A stretch of 64,000 bases of DNA from Octopus vulgaris (GCA_951406725.2 OX597832.1:61938001-62002000); one strand, 5' to 3'; positions 28,501-41,784 are shown, counted from the first letter of the stretch. Made by a program: numbers and translations. The notes: generated from the sequence alone by a model not told the origin.

Positions 28501-29336
28501 ATACATGCACTGAAAAAATATGTAACTACACACAAATATACATTATTTTCTTTCAATAGCAATAGTATGTGCCCATAAGTTACTTATTCCAAGTGAATGC
28601 ATTGTCCCCATCACCCGCGCATTATATGTCCTCAATACATTTTGCATTTAAGCTTTCTAGACCACACATTATTAAAATACTAAATATTAATGACGAGGAG
28701 AGTGAAGAACGACACTGAGAGCAATGGCGGCGAAACTGAGAAATGTGTAGAGATTGTACGGCTGCGTTCAGCTTGAAGAGAAAATAGAATTATGTAAAAT
28801 TAATAAAGCATACGTATGATTTTGGTTCTCCGGCTTATGAGAGATTATAAGGAAATCCCTCTGAGGTTTTAGCTGATATTCCTAATTAAAAGTGTCTCAC
28901 CTCTAACTGTGTGTGCGTGTATGTGTGTGTGCATGTTCGTGTGTGTGTACGTATCTATGAGTGTATTTATGAATGCATAGACGTACGTATGGTCCAAAGC
29001 AGATATACAATCTATGTGGGTGTCTTTCAAAAATATTGCCTGGTTTAAAAAGCTACAGCAGATGCCATGATGGTTGTAAGGTGTGGGTACAGGTGGTCAA
29101 ACTCTGCATAAGAAGGAGACAACGACCAAACACCAATATTGCTAGAAATAAGAGTCAAAACAACTGTTCTCTTCAAAGAGGATTATCAACTGCCTGACAA
29201 GGGCGATAACCTTCCTACAGCAAGCAGAGGCAGAGATTCCGGAGCGAATTAATCCTCGTCATAGATGCTACTTCATTGCCTCGGATTAATACAACAGTAG
29301 CTGATTCGGTGAAATGGTAAAGTGAAAATTATGTAT

Positions 29337-29375
<39 letters not shown>

Positions 29376-29500
29376 CGTGTGTGTGTGTATTTGGTGCGTG
29401 TATATATATATATATATATATATTTAATATTATTATTATAAATATATATATATACACTCACATATAAGACACACATACACAAATATGTATGTGTATATAC

Positions 29501-29553
<53 letters not shown>

Positions 29554-30881
29554 CATATATATATATACAGATATATATATATGTGCGCGTAGACATACAT
29601 GCCTGTCAGTTATTTGAAGATAGATATGTCCAGGTAACATACGAAACAGATATAACCTCACATGTTTTTAAATGTTTATGTGTGTGCGTGTGTGTTTTCA
29701 TTTATTAAATAATTATTAAGTTTGCATATAAATGGCCTTAGTATCATCATCATCATCATCATTATCATCATCATCATCACCGTCATTATCATAATTGTTG
29801 TTGTTGCTATTATTATTCGAACTCGAAATATGCGTGTCTTGTTGGTAAGTTTTACGTTTTAATTTGTGTCTCCAGAAGTTGTTAATTGTTTCTTTTGTTA
29901 CAAAACGCTTGTGAAAACAACATCCATTGCATAGGTTTGGTGTGTTTGTTCGCTTGAGCCTTAACGCTGCGACTTCTCCAGCGTTTCCTCAACGGTGAGC
30001 AGGTTTGGTCGCCGTTTCTCAGACAGGTTTTCCCGCAGCTCGTCTCACTGAAGGAGCTAGAATTCTGGATCAAGCGTAGACCGGAAAAGAATGCTTGGCA
30101 CCTAGAGTGTCAGAAAGCGGTAGTAGTTCCACATTGAGGCTTTGTAGGGTAGTAATGGCAGGCAACAGCAATGACGTCATTGGAGAATGTCTGGGCGTCG
30201 GGAGAGATCAATTTGTTGACCTTTTCCGGAAGACATTCAAGCCGAGGCCTATGGATAATTTCCAGAAATCCCTGGCTTGGTAGTGCAACCGGGGGTCTCT
30301 GCTGGTTCGATACATGCTCTACAGACACGAAAGTGGTGTCCGAGATGTGCGCATGTTGATGAAATCGTTCTATATGCTTTCACCCAATGTCCTAGAGTTG
30401 CTGACATGTGAAGCCTTGTCGAATAGCTGTTGTCACATTCGGTTAGCGACCAAGTCCATCGTGAAGATCGCCTGCTAGCTTTTGCCCTGGAAGGGCAGGC
30501 AGCTTTCCTCTTTGTCTTTGGGTTGTGACGAAGTAGGAAGTGTAGTAGATGAGTTTGAAAGCTCTAAAGACAGACACCTTCCTGTTCTGTCAAAGCACAT
30601 CGACTTTTTCAAAAAACATCTCGAAAAGGAAAGTGAGGGTGGAGAGGGAAGGTCTTCCTCGTTCTAATTTTGTTGAAAGGTGTGTGAATGTACCGAAGAT
30701 GTCCCGTGTGACTGGGCCTGAATTTGGGGGGAAATGGAGTAGAGATGAGTCCCCCACCAAGATGCTCTTGGCGTTCAGGATGTCCAAGATGATTGAGGTT
30801 CTTTGGTTGCTCCTGAGAGGGGATTTTCCCCATTTATTTATTGTTCAAACTGTTATTGTAAATCGTTGTTATTTCTGACTC

Positions 30882-31105
30882 TTAAGGCGGTGAGATGTCA
30901 GAATTGTTAAGCACGCTGGGCAAAGATGCTTCGCAACATTTTGTTCGTTCTTACGTTCTGAGTTCAAATTCCGACGAGCTCGACTTTGCCTTTTGTCGTT
31001 TTGGGTTGACGACAAAGAACCGGTTACGCACTGAGTTAATATAATCGACTATCTCCTTCTCTCCCCCCAAAATTTCAGGCCTTGTGCATATAGCAGAAAG
31101 GATTA
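30882..31105 (+). mobile_element. SINE family B (Meta-like), decayed
   Basis: aaggcggtgagatgtcagaattgttaagcacg..gagttcaaattccg..gactttgcctttt. Confidence 0.75.
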
Positions 31106-31236
31106 TTTCTTCCTCTATACACGAACTGTATGTAGACTCTCACCGTCCTTATTGTTGTATCTTCTTTTATTTTTGTTTGCAGCCCTTGTGGCCAATAAAA
31201 GAAGGACTGCTACTACTACTACTACTACTACTACTG

Positions 31237-31284
<48 letters not shown>

Positions 31285-31373
31285 TTATTATTATTATTAT
31301 TATTATTATTTTATTATTATCATCATCATCATCATCATCGTCATCGTCATCATCATCATCGTCATCGTCATCA

Positions 31374-31431
<58 letters not shown>

Positions 31432-32122
31432 CATTGTTATTATTAATGCAGTGGATGATAATGCTGTATGTTTTTACTGTCTATTTTGCTCATGTACTAA
31501 TGGAGGTTTCTTTTTTTTTTCTTTCTCTTTTCCGCTTTTCCCATTTTCGTTTTCTCTTCTTCATGACGTCTATACGCGTTGGCGATATCAATGATTACTA
31601 GGAAAAGCCGTGGTGGTTTCATTTCTGTTAGTTTGTCGGGTCCTATATTAATACATACAGACTGAAATTACATATTAATGATGTAAATATTGGGTCTGGA
31701 GCCTTATGTGAAATGAAGTATGTACATTTAGTCTTGTTTTATTCGGTATTTTTTGTGTTTTTCCTTTCTTTTTTCTTTTCCGAAGTGGGTCTTCTCGTTT
31801 TGGGTATATTTTATTTCCGTTTGTTTTTGATAAATTATATTCATAATCATTATCCGTTGGTATCCAGATATGTGTTAGCCATGTTATATAATGCTTTGCT
31901 GCGAAAATCGAAATGCTATCATAACATTATTAAGATAAGACAAATGGGTACATATGGATATATACATATATATTTGCGTGTGTGTTTGTGTGTGTATGTA
32001 TGTATATAAATATCTATATATGTATCTATATATGTGTTTGTGTGTGTACGTATACACATATAATATGCATGTAAGCATATATATATAGAAAGGGACACAG
32101 GAAAAACAAGGAGAGAAACAAG

Positions 32123-32159
<37 letters not shown>

Positions 32160-32764
32160 CATATATGCATATACATATACTTCTGTATGTGTGTATATAA
32201 ATAAATATATACACACACATATATATATATATATAGTATTTATATATTACATTCACAGACACGCGTATATACATATACACACACACATATACACATACAC
32301 ACAGTCATATATACACACACACTCACACTCACATTTGCATATATGGACTTTATAATGCAAGCTTTTAAAAAGCATAGAAAAAGCAAAAAAAAACACCACA
32401 ACATTATTTCATATTTTTTCAAACTAATCTATTTTATTTATTTATTTATTTTTTGCGTTGAGTTTATGTGGGTTGGCAAAAAAATAACAACAACAACAAA
32501 ACCCCGCATGCTAATCCATTGCTGTTTACGTCTCCTGTAAGCTGCTGTGGTGATCACTGAATGATTGATGAGCAACTAACATTGGTGTAGACTATATTTA
32601 TGTCATTAGGCATGATGTACTCTGACAGTGCCCAGCTACAGCGATTCGGTTTCGATATCAACTAAGCGACAAGATTTTAGTTTTGTTTTTGTTTTTGTTC
32701 AACTTATATCCGGTGAAAATGAAAGAAAATATAAACCGAGAAAAAGAAAAGGAAAAATGGTTCC

Positions 32765-32930
32765 AAAGGCGCAGGCATGGGTGCATGGTTAAGGTAGATC
32801 GTTTTCTATTCACGTGGTGTTAGTTCCAATCCCACCAGTCAGCACCTTGAGAAAGTGTCTTCTAATATAGCTTCGAATCCTGTAAGTGGAGTCGGTAGAC
32901 AGAAACTGTAGCTGCATGGAAATCCGCCTT
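32765..32930 (+). mobile_element. SINE family A head, decayed
   Basis: aggcgcaggcatgggtgcatggttaag..gtggagtcggtagacagaaactg. Confidence 0.65.
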
Positions 32931-32967
32931 TCACTCAGACACACATGTGTACTTGAATGTGTGTATT

Positions 32968-33004
<37 letters not shown>

Positions 33005-33068
33005 AATAAAATGAAACAAGAAACCAAGGCTGAGTGGGATTTTCAGGACATTTATAATGAGAAAGTTA

Positions 33069-33116
33069 GTCTTACAGCTATTTATGGGATATTAGAGACA
33101 CCCCTTCATTAGAGAC
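33069..33116 (-). ncRNA. Decayed type I hammerhead motif (PLE pLTR relic)
   Basis: Minus strand gtct-CTAATGA-A-GGG..CCC-ATAAAT-AGCT-GTA-agac; stems I and II and the palindromic AGCT loop are retained, the core is mutated. Confidence 0.45.
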
Positions 33117-33934
33117 GATGTGACGTGGTTAAATAGAGGGACATATTAGTGTTCAATATGATGAGTTATTTTGGAAAAGGAAGCAAATAAGGAGTATATA
33201 GGGAAATAGGAGGATGAATATAGAAATAAAATTAAAAGTGTATAAAGATATTATAATTGCAGTTCCATTGTCCAAGGAAAGTCGTGTGTAGAAGTGGTAG
33301 AAATACTTCTTGTCCATTGCATGTAAATTCCAATAAGAATTCATATTTTGTCATCACAAATGGAAAGTGTGGAGATGTAGATTCCATGTGCGGTTTATTG
33401 AAAGGGGTCTTGTGGTGTGAATGAAAAATTTTGAATGTAGTGGAAGTATTAAGTGAATAGAGAGGGGAGAAGCGATGATTATGTTAAGATGAAAGGAGAG
33501 GTCAAAGGAAAAGGTGAGAAAAAAGGATGAAGGAAAGAGGAAGAGAAAATGGAAAACAAAGTGTAAGAAAGTGAAAAAAGGAGTGCTAGTTTGTTGTCAA
33601 GGTATTTTGGGGAGGGTTGGGAGAGGAGTATGGGAAGGGTAGGAAGAGATAAGAATGTAAGTAATGAATATGTGTGAGGTGTGGGATGTGGTGTGATATG
33701 TTGGGATGGCGTTAAAGGATGGGTAGAGAAAAAGGTATAGGAAGGGGTCTTCTAAAGTGAGTAGTAAACCACAAAACGGTAGGGAAGACTACTAAGATTG
33801 GTCGAATTTCTATAATGATCCCTGTGCTTGATGAGTTTTATAGTGGCGTAAGGATTTGCACAAATCCAGTCTCACTCTCTGAACATGGACAATACAAACT
33901 CGAAAAGAAAAACTAGTCTACGTCATCGGATATT

Positions 33935-34290
33935 GTCAGTGTCGCAGGGTTTCTCTCAGAGTTTCCCTCCCCGAGAGAGATGTTGTGAAAACAACAGAGG
34001 GGCCTCCCACTCCCAGTGGGCCAACCGCGGGCCTTGACACCAACCCCGGTATTTCCATATCCCCGCACATACATGCATGCATACACATGCTCATATATTG
34101 TTGGATGTCCGGTGACTGCTCATGAGTTTTTCCGCCCTTTGACGGGTCATAATTTTTGTCCCGCAAGTTCTCCAATGTCACCCTCCTCACCAAGCAAGCT
34201 TGATGGGGTGGCCAGTTTAGTCGTCGACGACCCGACCATGAAACAGGTTGTACTGGGTTACATGTTACCAGTAGCGGCCAAGAGCGACCT
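33935..34290 (-). mobile_element. Probable 5' UTR fragment of an RTE-type LINE with a decayed HDV-like ribozyme candidate (34212-34279)
   Basis: GC-richer segment; minus strand GGCCGC..CCAGT..ACC..ATGGTC-GGG-TCGTCGACGA-CTAA-ACTGG fits the P1/P2/P1.1/P4/J4-2 order. Confidence 0.5.
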
Positions 34291-34326
34291 CACACATACA
34301 CACACACGCACCTATATGTATGTAAG

Positions 34327-34358
<32 letters not shown>

Positions 34359-34480
34359 TGTATGTATGTATGTATGTATGTATGTGTGTGTGTGTGTGTG
34401 CGGAGTGGCTCCGCAGAGCATCCATCTACCAAACTCATTGTTTAGCCCGAAGCTATAGCAGAAGATGTGGGCCTGAACCC

Positions 34481-35064
34481 ACGTTTCGTATTTAGACATC
34501 ATCTTCGTTACACTTCAATTAAAAATTCTAACCCTCGCCATGTTTAATCTTAAAGTGATTATCTCCCTTACAATAACTAGCGCCATGACAGACCATGTAT
34601 CGAGATGTGGATCTGAACCCGAAACCAAGGATATGTGAAATGACTTAAACCACGCAAATATTATTTTCATCTGGCTGGTAGTTATTTTGTAGCGACTCAT
34701 TATCGCCTGTTATATCTCGTCGTGAGGCCAGTATTTCTTCTCCCGCGATGTCGTTTACAGCTTAAATATACTATATTTGAGTCTGAAATATCTGGAGAAT
34801 TACTATCTTAGATAATAATATAATATGATGATTCTCAAGATATTTTTCTTAACTATCTGCATTGTCTGCGATAAGAAAAAAAACCCCGAATCGAATAAGA
34901 TTTGAGCAAAAATGATTCTAGAAAAGTTTATATAATTACGATACATGGTATGTCATGGCGCTAGTTATTGTAAGGGAGATAATCACTTCAAGATTACTCA
35001 TGGCGAGGATTAGAATTTTGAATTTTGTATTGAAGTGTAACGAAGATGTCTCGATACGAAACGT
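34481..35064. repeat. ~122-bp inverted repeat pair (34481-34602 / 34939-35064); the left arm is flanked by an 18-bp direct repeat
   Basis: Arms are near reverse complements; agatgtgggcctgaaccc (34463-34480) and agatgtggatctgaaccc (34603-34620). Confidence 0.8.
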
Positions 35065-35098
35065 TGTAGCAAAAACTGTCTGTCTGTCTGTCTGTCTA

Positions 35099-35244
<146 letters not shown>

Positions 35245-35345
35245 AAAATATATATATATAATGAGGGATCGATGCTAGGTGTGCCGAAACAATTGTCGCG
35301 ATTAATAATAAATTCTCGTATAATCCATCATCAGTCTTTCATTTG

Positions 35346-35388
<43 letters not shown>

Positions 35389-35392
35389 TACA

Positions 35393-35516
35393 TGGCCTGC
35401 TCGCTTAGCCAGCGGGGTGGCGTCATTTTGAAGGCTAAAACACTGTGAAGTACATTGTGACCAGCGATGTGTAACAACATCTGATAACCTGGTCGGTCAC
35501 GGTGATCACGGTGATA
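35393..35516 (+). mobile_element. SINE family D 3' part
   Basis: ggcctgctcgcttagccagcggggtggcgtcattttgaaggctaaaac..ggtcggtcacggtgatcacgg; reverse complement of 37915-38035. Confidence 0.8.
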
Positions 35517-36257
35517 TTAATATATGGTGTGTGTGAACGTATATATACACGTATCCACACACACAAAGATTAAAGAATATATCTATATATGCGACGCGTT
35601 TCTTTTCGCTTCTGTTAACCAATTCCGCTTTGGTCTGCACGGGACTATAATGGAAGACAGTCGCTCAAGTTGCCACGCAGCGGGACTGAACCGAAGATCA
35701 CATGGTTAAGAGGCAAGCTTTTATTTTCTACTCATTGCAAGCGTCTTAAATTGTGGTTTTCTTATTTCCTTTATTAAAAGAAAACATTTTCTTGACATGA
35801 CTAATGCGAGACTCTGTGCCACAGCTATAAGTGTTTCGCAATAGTGAACAAGCGCAGTCGAGGGTACGTGGTACGAGGTTCGATTCCTAACGACATGGCT
35901 TTGAATTCGGTTCTTCTGCATGGCAACTTGAGCCAGTATCTTGTACTATGGCCTCGGACAGATCAAAGCCTTGTTAGTGGATTTGCTTAGCGGAAACTGA
36001 AAGAAGCCTATCGTGTATAGACACACACACACCTACGTACATCCATATATAGTCAAACTTACTTACATTCCCATACATTCATTTATATATATATATTCTT
36101 ATGCGTATATATGTGTGCGTGTTTGCATAAATGTATGTGTGTGCAGGTGTGTATGTATATATATATATATTTAAATATATACATATATATTTAGAAAGAG
36201 AATAAGGGAGATAAAGAGAGAGAAAAAGAGAGCGAGTGTGATAGATAGATAGATAAA

Positions 36258-36301
<44 letters not shown>

Positions 36302-36517
36302 GAGGTAGACAGATAGACAGATGAACAGGCAGACATAGGTACACACACAACTAATCATTCTTTTATAATTAGCCAGGAGAGCGTGAACATTCGCCGGATG
36401 CCTGAAACAGCCATTATAACGGAAACTCTTATACTTTTCTAAAAATATATAACAATGCGAGACATTCCAGCCTGTTGTTCGCCATTATATATGTATATAT
36501 ACAGTAGATATATATAT

Positions 36518-36558
<41 letters not shown>

Positions 36559-37076
36559 TAGATAGATAGATATATAGATAGATATATTTACTAGTATATT
36601 ATTAGTACAATAGGACTATTAGAAGTGGTAGCAATACTGAAAGAATATGTCTGAGAAATTTCTAAGTCTACATGTTTATTATATCATTGGTATGCTGACA
36701 GATTCCCAACATCTTCTCTGTAATTGTGCTTAGAGGATGATTTATGGAAACACGAAAAGTATCAGAAATTTACATGACGATATACGATGTCTCTCACTCG
36801 TTCCCTCTGCATCTCTCTCCCTCTCTTTGTCTCTTTCTCTCTGTGTGTGTCTCTCTCTCTGCCTCTGACTGTCTGTCTCTTTCTCTCTGTGTCTCTCTGT
36901 GTCTCACTCTGTTTCTGTCTGTCTGTCTCTCTCTCACAAACACAGAAATAGAGAAATCGTAACGTTTGTCAATTTATACACTCTCGTATCATGCTAAGTT
37001 TTCCATTGCAAAAATCAGCCAAAACATCCATTTATGAATATATCATATGTTTGTGTGTAAAAATATGTGTGTATGT

Positions 37077-37131
<55 letters not shown>

Positions 37132-37659
37132 GGAGCATGTAGATGTATGTCTTTCTCTTTCACTCCATTTCTGCCTATGTATATCTATTAATATGTGTCT
37201 ATATGTTTACATATGTTTACATATATATTTATATGCGTGTGCGTGTTTGAGTTAGGTTGTGTGCGCGTGTGTAATAAATACACACGCATCTCGTATATGA
37301 GCTCGTTTTGAACTTACGGTTACCTCGAACAAAGTAAGCTAAAAATAAATTATCTCGTCCAAGCAGAATACGGATCTGACAATTATTGAACGACTGCTCT
37401 TCTATTGAATGTCTGAAGATGCACATTTCTGTTTAGAATACGAATTAGAATGATTCAGCGGTTCATTTGACTGAGAAGAGACAAGAATAAACGCGTCACG
37501 GTAAAAGTTAAGTTATCCCCGTTTGGCAGCTGAAAGATCGTACACTGGCCAAAGGAGTAGCCAAGCCCAGATTTGCGTTGGATTATCCTCTCATTAACTA
37601 TAGATACACACATACAAACACATGCTTGTATGTGTGTATATATATATTTATATTTATAA

Positions 37660-37865
37660 ATGAGGGTGAAAAATTGATATTAATTTAATAATACCATTAA
37701 TTTAACACCAAGTGGCTTAGCACAAAAAACTAGGGAGATAATACAAATTTATACATAAATTATTAGAGAGTTACCACTATGTGGATAGCTCTAGTGCTAA
37801 AAATAGCTCCGTTAGTATAGCCACAGAAAAGATGTTTCCAAGTAGAAATAACATTAGATTTAACG
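37660..37865 (-). mobile_element. Diverged fragment of the array-unit family
   Basis: gagggtgaaaaattgatattaatttaata..aacaccaagtgg..agagagttaccactatgtgg..ctctag..ccacagaaaagatgtttcc is colinear with the reverse complement of the array unit. Confidence 0.7.
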
Positions 37866-37868
37866 GAA

Positions 37869-37914
<46 letters not shown>

Positions 37915-37917
<3 letters not shown>

Positions 37918-38196
37918 CGTGATCACCGTCACCGACCAGGCTATCAGATGTTGCTACACATCGCTGGTCACAATGCGCTTCGTATTGTTTTAGCCTTCAA
38001 ATGACGCCACCCCGCTGGCTAAGTGAGCAGGCCAACAGAAGAAAGAGTGAGTACAGCAGGGATCGCCACCTCTGCCGGAGTCTCGTGGAGCTTTAAGTGT
38101 TTTCGCTCAATAAACACTCACAACTCTCGGTCTGGGAATCGAAACAGCGACCATAGAACCGCGAGTCCGCTAACCACTGGGCCATTGCGCCTCCAC

Positions 38197-38197
<1 letters not shown>
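37915..38197 (-). mobile_element. SINE family D (tRNA-headed, OR1-like)
   Basis: Minus-strand head gtggaggcgcaatggcccagtggttagcggactcgcgg..gtttcgattcccagacc. Confidence 0.8.
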
Positions 38198-38248
<51 letters not shown>

Positions 38249-38249
38249 T

Positions 38250-38382
38250 TATATAGGGATAGTTTACGAAAAAAACAAAAGACGAAGACAGGTGGTGTAC
38301 AAAACAAACAGATGTATTAGTATAACGCTCAGGAATAGAAAAGTCTTTTGCGTTTCGAGCCTACGCTCTTCTACAGAAAGGG

Positions 38383-38390
<8 letters not shown>
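38250..38390 (-). mobile_element. PLE pLTR fragment with variant minimal hammerhead (38345-38380)
   Basis: Minus strand cttt-CTGTAGA-A-GAGC-gtag-GCTC-GAAACG-CA-aaag; reverse complement of the family copy at 45700-45863. Confidence 0.6.
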
Positions 38391-38435
<45 letters not shown>

Positions 38436-38644
38436 AATATTTATAAATAAGCCAGAAGGCTTTGTAAGGGACCATGGAAGTCTGTTTTACAGTCATTGTG
38501 TTTATAAATGTCGCATTAAATCAGCACAAATATATTATTATTATATGGTGTATTATCATAGTTATTATTGTACTAAAAGACTTCTGTAGCTGCTTCCTCT
38601 CCGTTACTTAAAAAGCTTTCTGGTTTGTTGATAAATATTGTACG

Positions 38645-39062
38645 TAGTAGGCTGCACTGTAAGTAGCTTGTTTACCAGCCACATGGTTCTGGTTTCAATC
38701 CCACTGCGTGGCACCTTGGGCAAGTGTCTTTTACTATAGCCTCGGGCCGACCAAAGCCATGTGAGTGGATTTGGTAGACAGAAACGGAAAGAAGCCCGTC
38801 GTATATATATCTATGTATGTGTGTGTGTATGTGTCTGTGTTTGTGTGTGTGTCTGTGTTTGTCTCCCACGCCGGCGCTTGACAACCGATGCTGGTGTGTT
38901 TACGTTCCCGTAACTTAGTGGTTCGGCAAAAGAAAGCGATAGAATAAATACTAGACTTACAAAGAATAAGTCTTAGGGTTGATTTGTTCGATTAACAGGC
39001 GGTGCTGCAGTATGTCCGCAGTCACATGACTGAAACAAGTAAAAGAATAAAAGGATAAAAGA
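38645..39062 (+). mobile_element. SINE family A, full-length
   Basis: Head ccacatggttctggtttcaatcccactgcgtggcaccttgggcaagtg; tail gactgaaacaagtaaaagaataaaag. Confidence 0.9.
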
Positions 39063-39104
39063 ATATATACGTAAAATTTAGTTGAAATGATATATATACG
39101 TATA

Positions 39105-39964
39105 CGAGGTTTGATCAATAAGTATCCGGACTGTTGCCATAGTAACTAATCTAAAGCACGCAGGGTAAAGCCGTTTGGCAAAGATTGGCCGGAGACGCTG
39201 CTGTGCCTGCACACTAAGTTTTAACGTTCTAGTTCACTCCCACCTTTTACAGTAGTGCTTAGAATAAACGTATCGTAGCGTGAGATCGTCGCATCGACAA
39301 TGACAGACAGCCGTCGTGGCGATATCAGTTCAGAGGCCAACGCAAAGTTGCAGAAAGTGTATGGAGAAGAGTGCATGAGCTGCACACAGTTGTATGAGAG
39401 GTTCAGGCGTTTGCTGGATGGCCGGAAAAATGTTGATATTGAAGAAAGTTCTGGGAAAACTCGCAACGAGCAGAACAGACAAGTATCGCAGATGTTCGAG
39501 CAGCTGTGAGGAGTAAATCGTTGAATACCCATCCGTGACTTATCTGAGGAGGTGCAGATTAGTTACCGTTCAGCTCAGTCGATTATCACTGAAGATTTGG
39601 GCATGACACGCGTGTCTGCTAAGTTTATGCCAAAAATGCTTTCAGCTGACCAAAACTACACTCGGGTTTCAGTTGCACATGGTCTCCTTGATTGTGTTGA
39701 GAACGACTAAATCTTTTTGAAACCTTTCCGAAGGACTCTGAGTAGGTTTTCGCAAAATTTGATGCAGATTCTCTACTCATCTTCTTCTTTTCATGGTCAA
39801 TGCGACGATCACATGCTACACACCTTCCTTCCGACAGCAGAAGGATAAAACTTAGTGCGCATGCACAACAGATTTCAAGATCAACCTTTAATAAGCGACT
39901 TCACTCCGCGTGCTTTAGATTCGTTGCTATGGAAACAGTCCCGATATTTATTGATCATGTCACG
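39105..39964 (+). mobile_element. Internally deleted mariner transposon with both TIRs and TA flanks
   Basis: TIR cgaggtttgatcaataagtatccggactgttgccatagtaac mirrored at 39923-39964; translation LQKVYGEECMSCTQLYERFRRLLDGRKNVDIEESSG (HTH) and EDLGMTRVSAKFMPKML (WVPxxL-like). Confidence 0.88.
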
Positions 39965-40099
39965 TATACATACATACACATATGTGTGTGTGTATACACA
40001 AGCATACACGAATGAATATATATTTGTGTGCGACAGTGCGTTTGTATCTTTGTGTGCTAATAAATATGTAACCATACAGAAATATTTATTTCTATATAT

Positions 40100-40341
40100 A
40101 TGTACTCTTTTACTCTTTTACTTGTTTCAGTCATTTGACTTGGCCATGCTGGAGCACCCCCTTTTTAGTCGAACTAATCGACCCCAGTACTTATTCTTTG
40201 TAAGCCTAGTACTTATTCTATCGCCTTCTTTTTGCCGAACCATTAAGTTACGGGGACGTAAACACAACAGCATCGATTGTCAAGCGATGTTCGGGGGACA
40301 AACACAGACACACAAACACACACACACACACACAGAGACAC

Positions 40342-40420
<79 letters not shown>

Positions 40421-40652
40421 CAAATATATATATACAAATATATATATATATATATATATTTATTTTATAGAAGGAGCTTCTACAGGACTAGAACTGTTTC
40501 ATTCAAAAGAAATCATCAGGAAGTTTCCTGATGATTTCTTTTGAATGAAACAGTTCTAGTCCTGTAGAAGCTCCTTCTATAAAATAAATTAATTTACTCT
40601 GCTATGTATTGAGTACCTTATTTACTGTGGTTAACCCCTACTCAACCCGGGA

Positions 40653-40723
<71 letters not shown>

Positions 40724-40820
40724 TTTTATATATATATATATACAATGGGTTTCTTTCAGTTTCCGTCTAGCAAATCCACTCACAAAGCATTGGTCGGCCC
40801 GAGGCTATAGTAGAAGACGC
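40100..40820 (-). mobile_element. SINE family A split by an expanded microsatellite and a nested palindrome
   Basis: 3' body at 40100-40305; partial head at 40742-40820. Confidence 0.75.
40458..40589. repeat. Perfect palindrome (65-bp arms, 2-nt spacer) containing a degenerate hammerhead-like motif
   Basis: ..tcatcaggaa-gt-ttcctgatga..; right arm CTGATGA-t-TTC-tttt-GAA-t-GAAAC-a-GTT. Confidence 0.85.
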
Positions 40821-40827
40821 TTAGATG

Positions 40828-41784
40828 GACACCAGTATGCAACTGGTACTTAATTTATCGATCCCGAAAGGAATAAAGGCAAAGTCGACCTCAGCGGAAT
40901 TTGAACTCAGGACGTAAAAACAGACGAAACACCGCTAAGCATTTCGTCCGGCGTACTAACGTTTCTTATTTCTTTACTACCCACAAGGGGCTAAACACAG
41001 AGGGGACAAACAAGGACAGACAAACGGATTAAGTCGATTATATCGACCCCAGTGCATAACTGGTACTTATTTAATCAACCTCGATTGGATGAAAGGCAAA
41101 GTGGACCTCGGCAGAATTTGAACTCAGTACGTAGCGGCAGACGAAATACCTATTTCTTTACTAACCACAAGGGGCTAAACACAGAGGGGACGAACAAGGA
41201 CAGGCGAACGGATTAAGTCGATTACATCGATCCCAGTGCGTAACTGGTGCTTAATTTATCGACCCCGAAAAGATTAAAGGCAAAGTCGACATCGGCGGAA
41301 TTTGAACTCAGAACGCAGCGGCGGACGAAATACGGCAAAGCATTTCGACCGGCGTGCTAACGATTCTGCCAGCTCGCTGCCTTTAGATATTCTTTTCTAC
41401 TCTAGGCACAAGGCGCGAAATTTTGGGGGAGTAGGGTTCAGTCGATTAGATCGACTCCAGTACGCAACTGGTACTTAATTGATCGGACTCGAAAGGATGG
41501 AAGCTAAAGTCGATCTCGGGGGAATTTGAACTCATAAAGTAAAAGCAGACGAAATACCTATTTCTTTATTACCCACAAGGGGCTAAAGACAGAGGGGACA
41601 AACAAGGACAGACATAGGTATTAAGTCGATTACATCGACCCCAGTGCTTAACTGGTACTTAATTTATCGACCCCGAAAGGATGAAAGGCAAAGTCGACCT
41701 CGGCGGAATTTGAACTCAGAACGTAACGACAGACGAAATACCGCTAAGCATTTCGCCCGGCGTGCTAACGTTTCTGCCAGCTCG
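40828..41784 (-). mobile_element. Head-to-tail cluster of about five SINE family B (Meta-like) copies
   Basis: The aactggtac..tcgacc..gaatttgaactca module recurs near 40841, 41058, 41242, 41467 and 41650. Confidence 0.9.
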
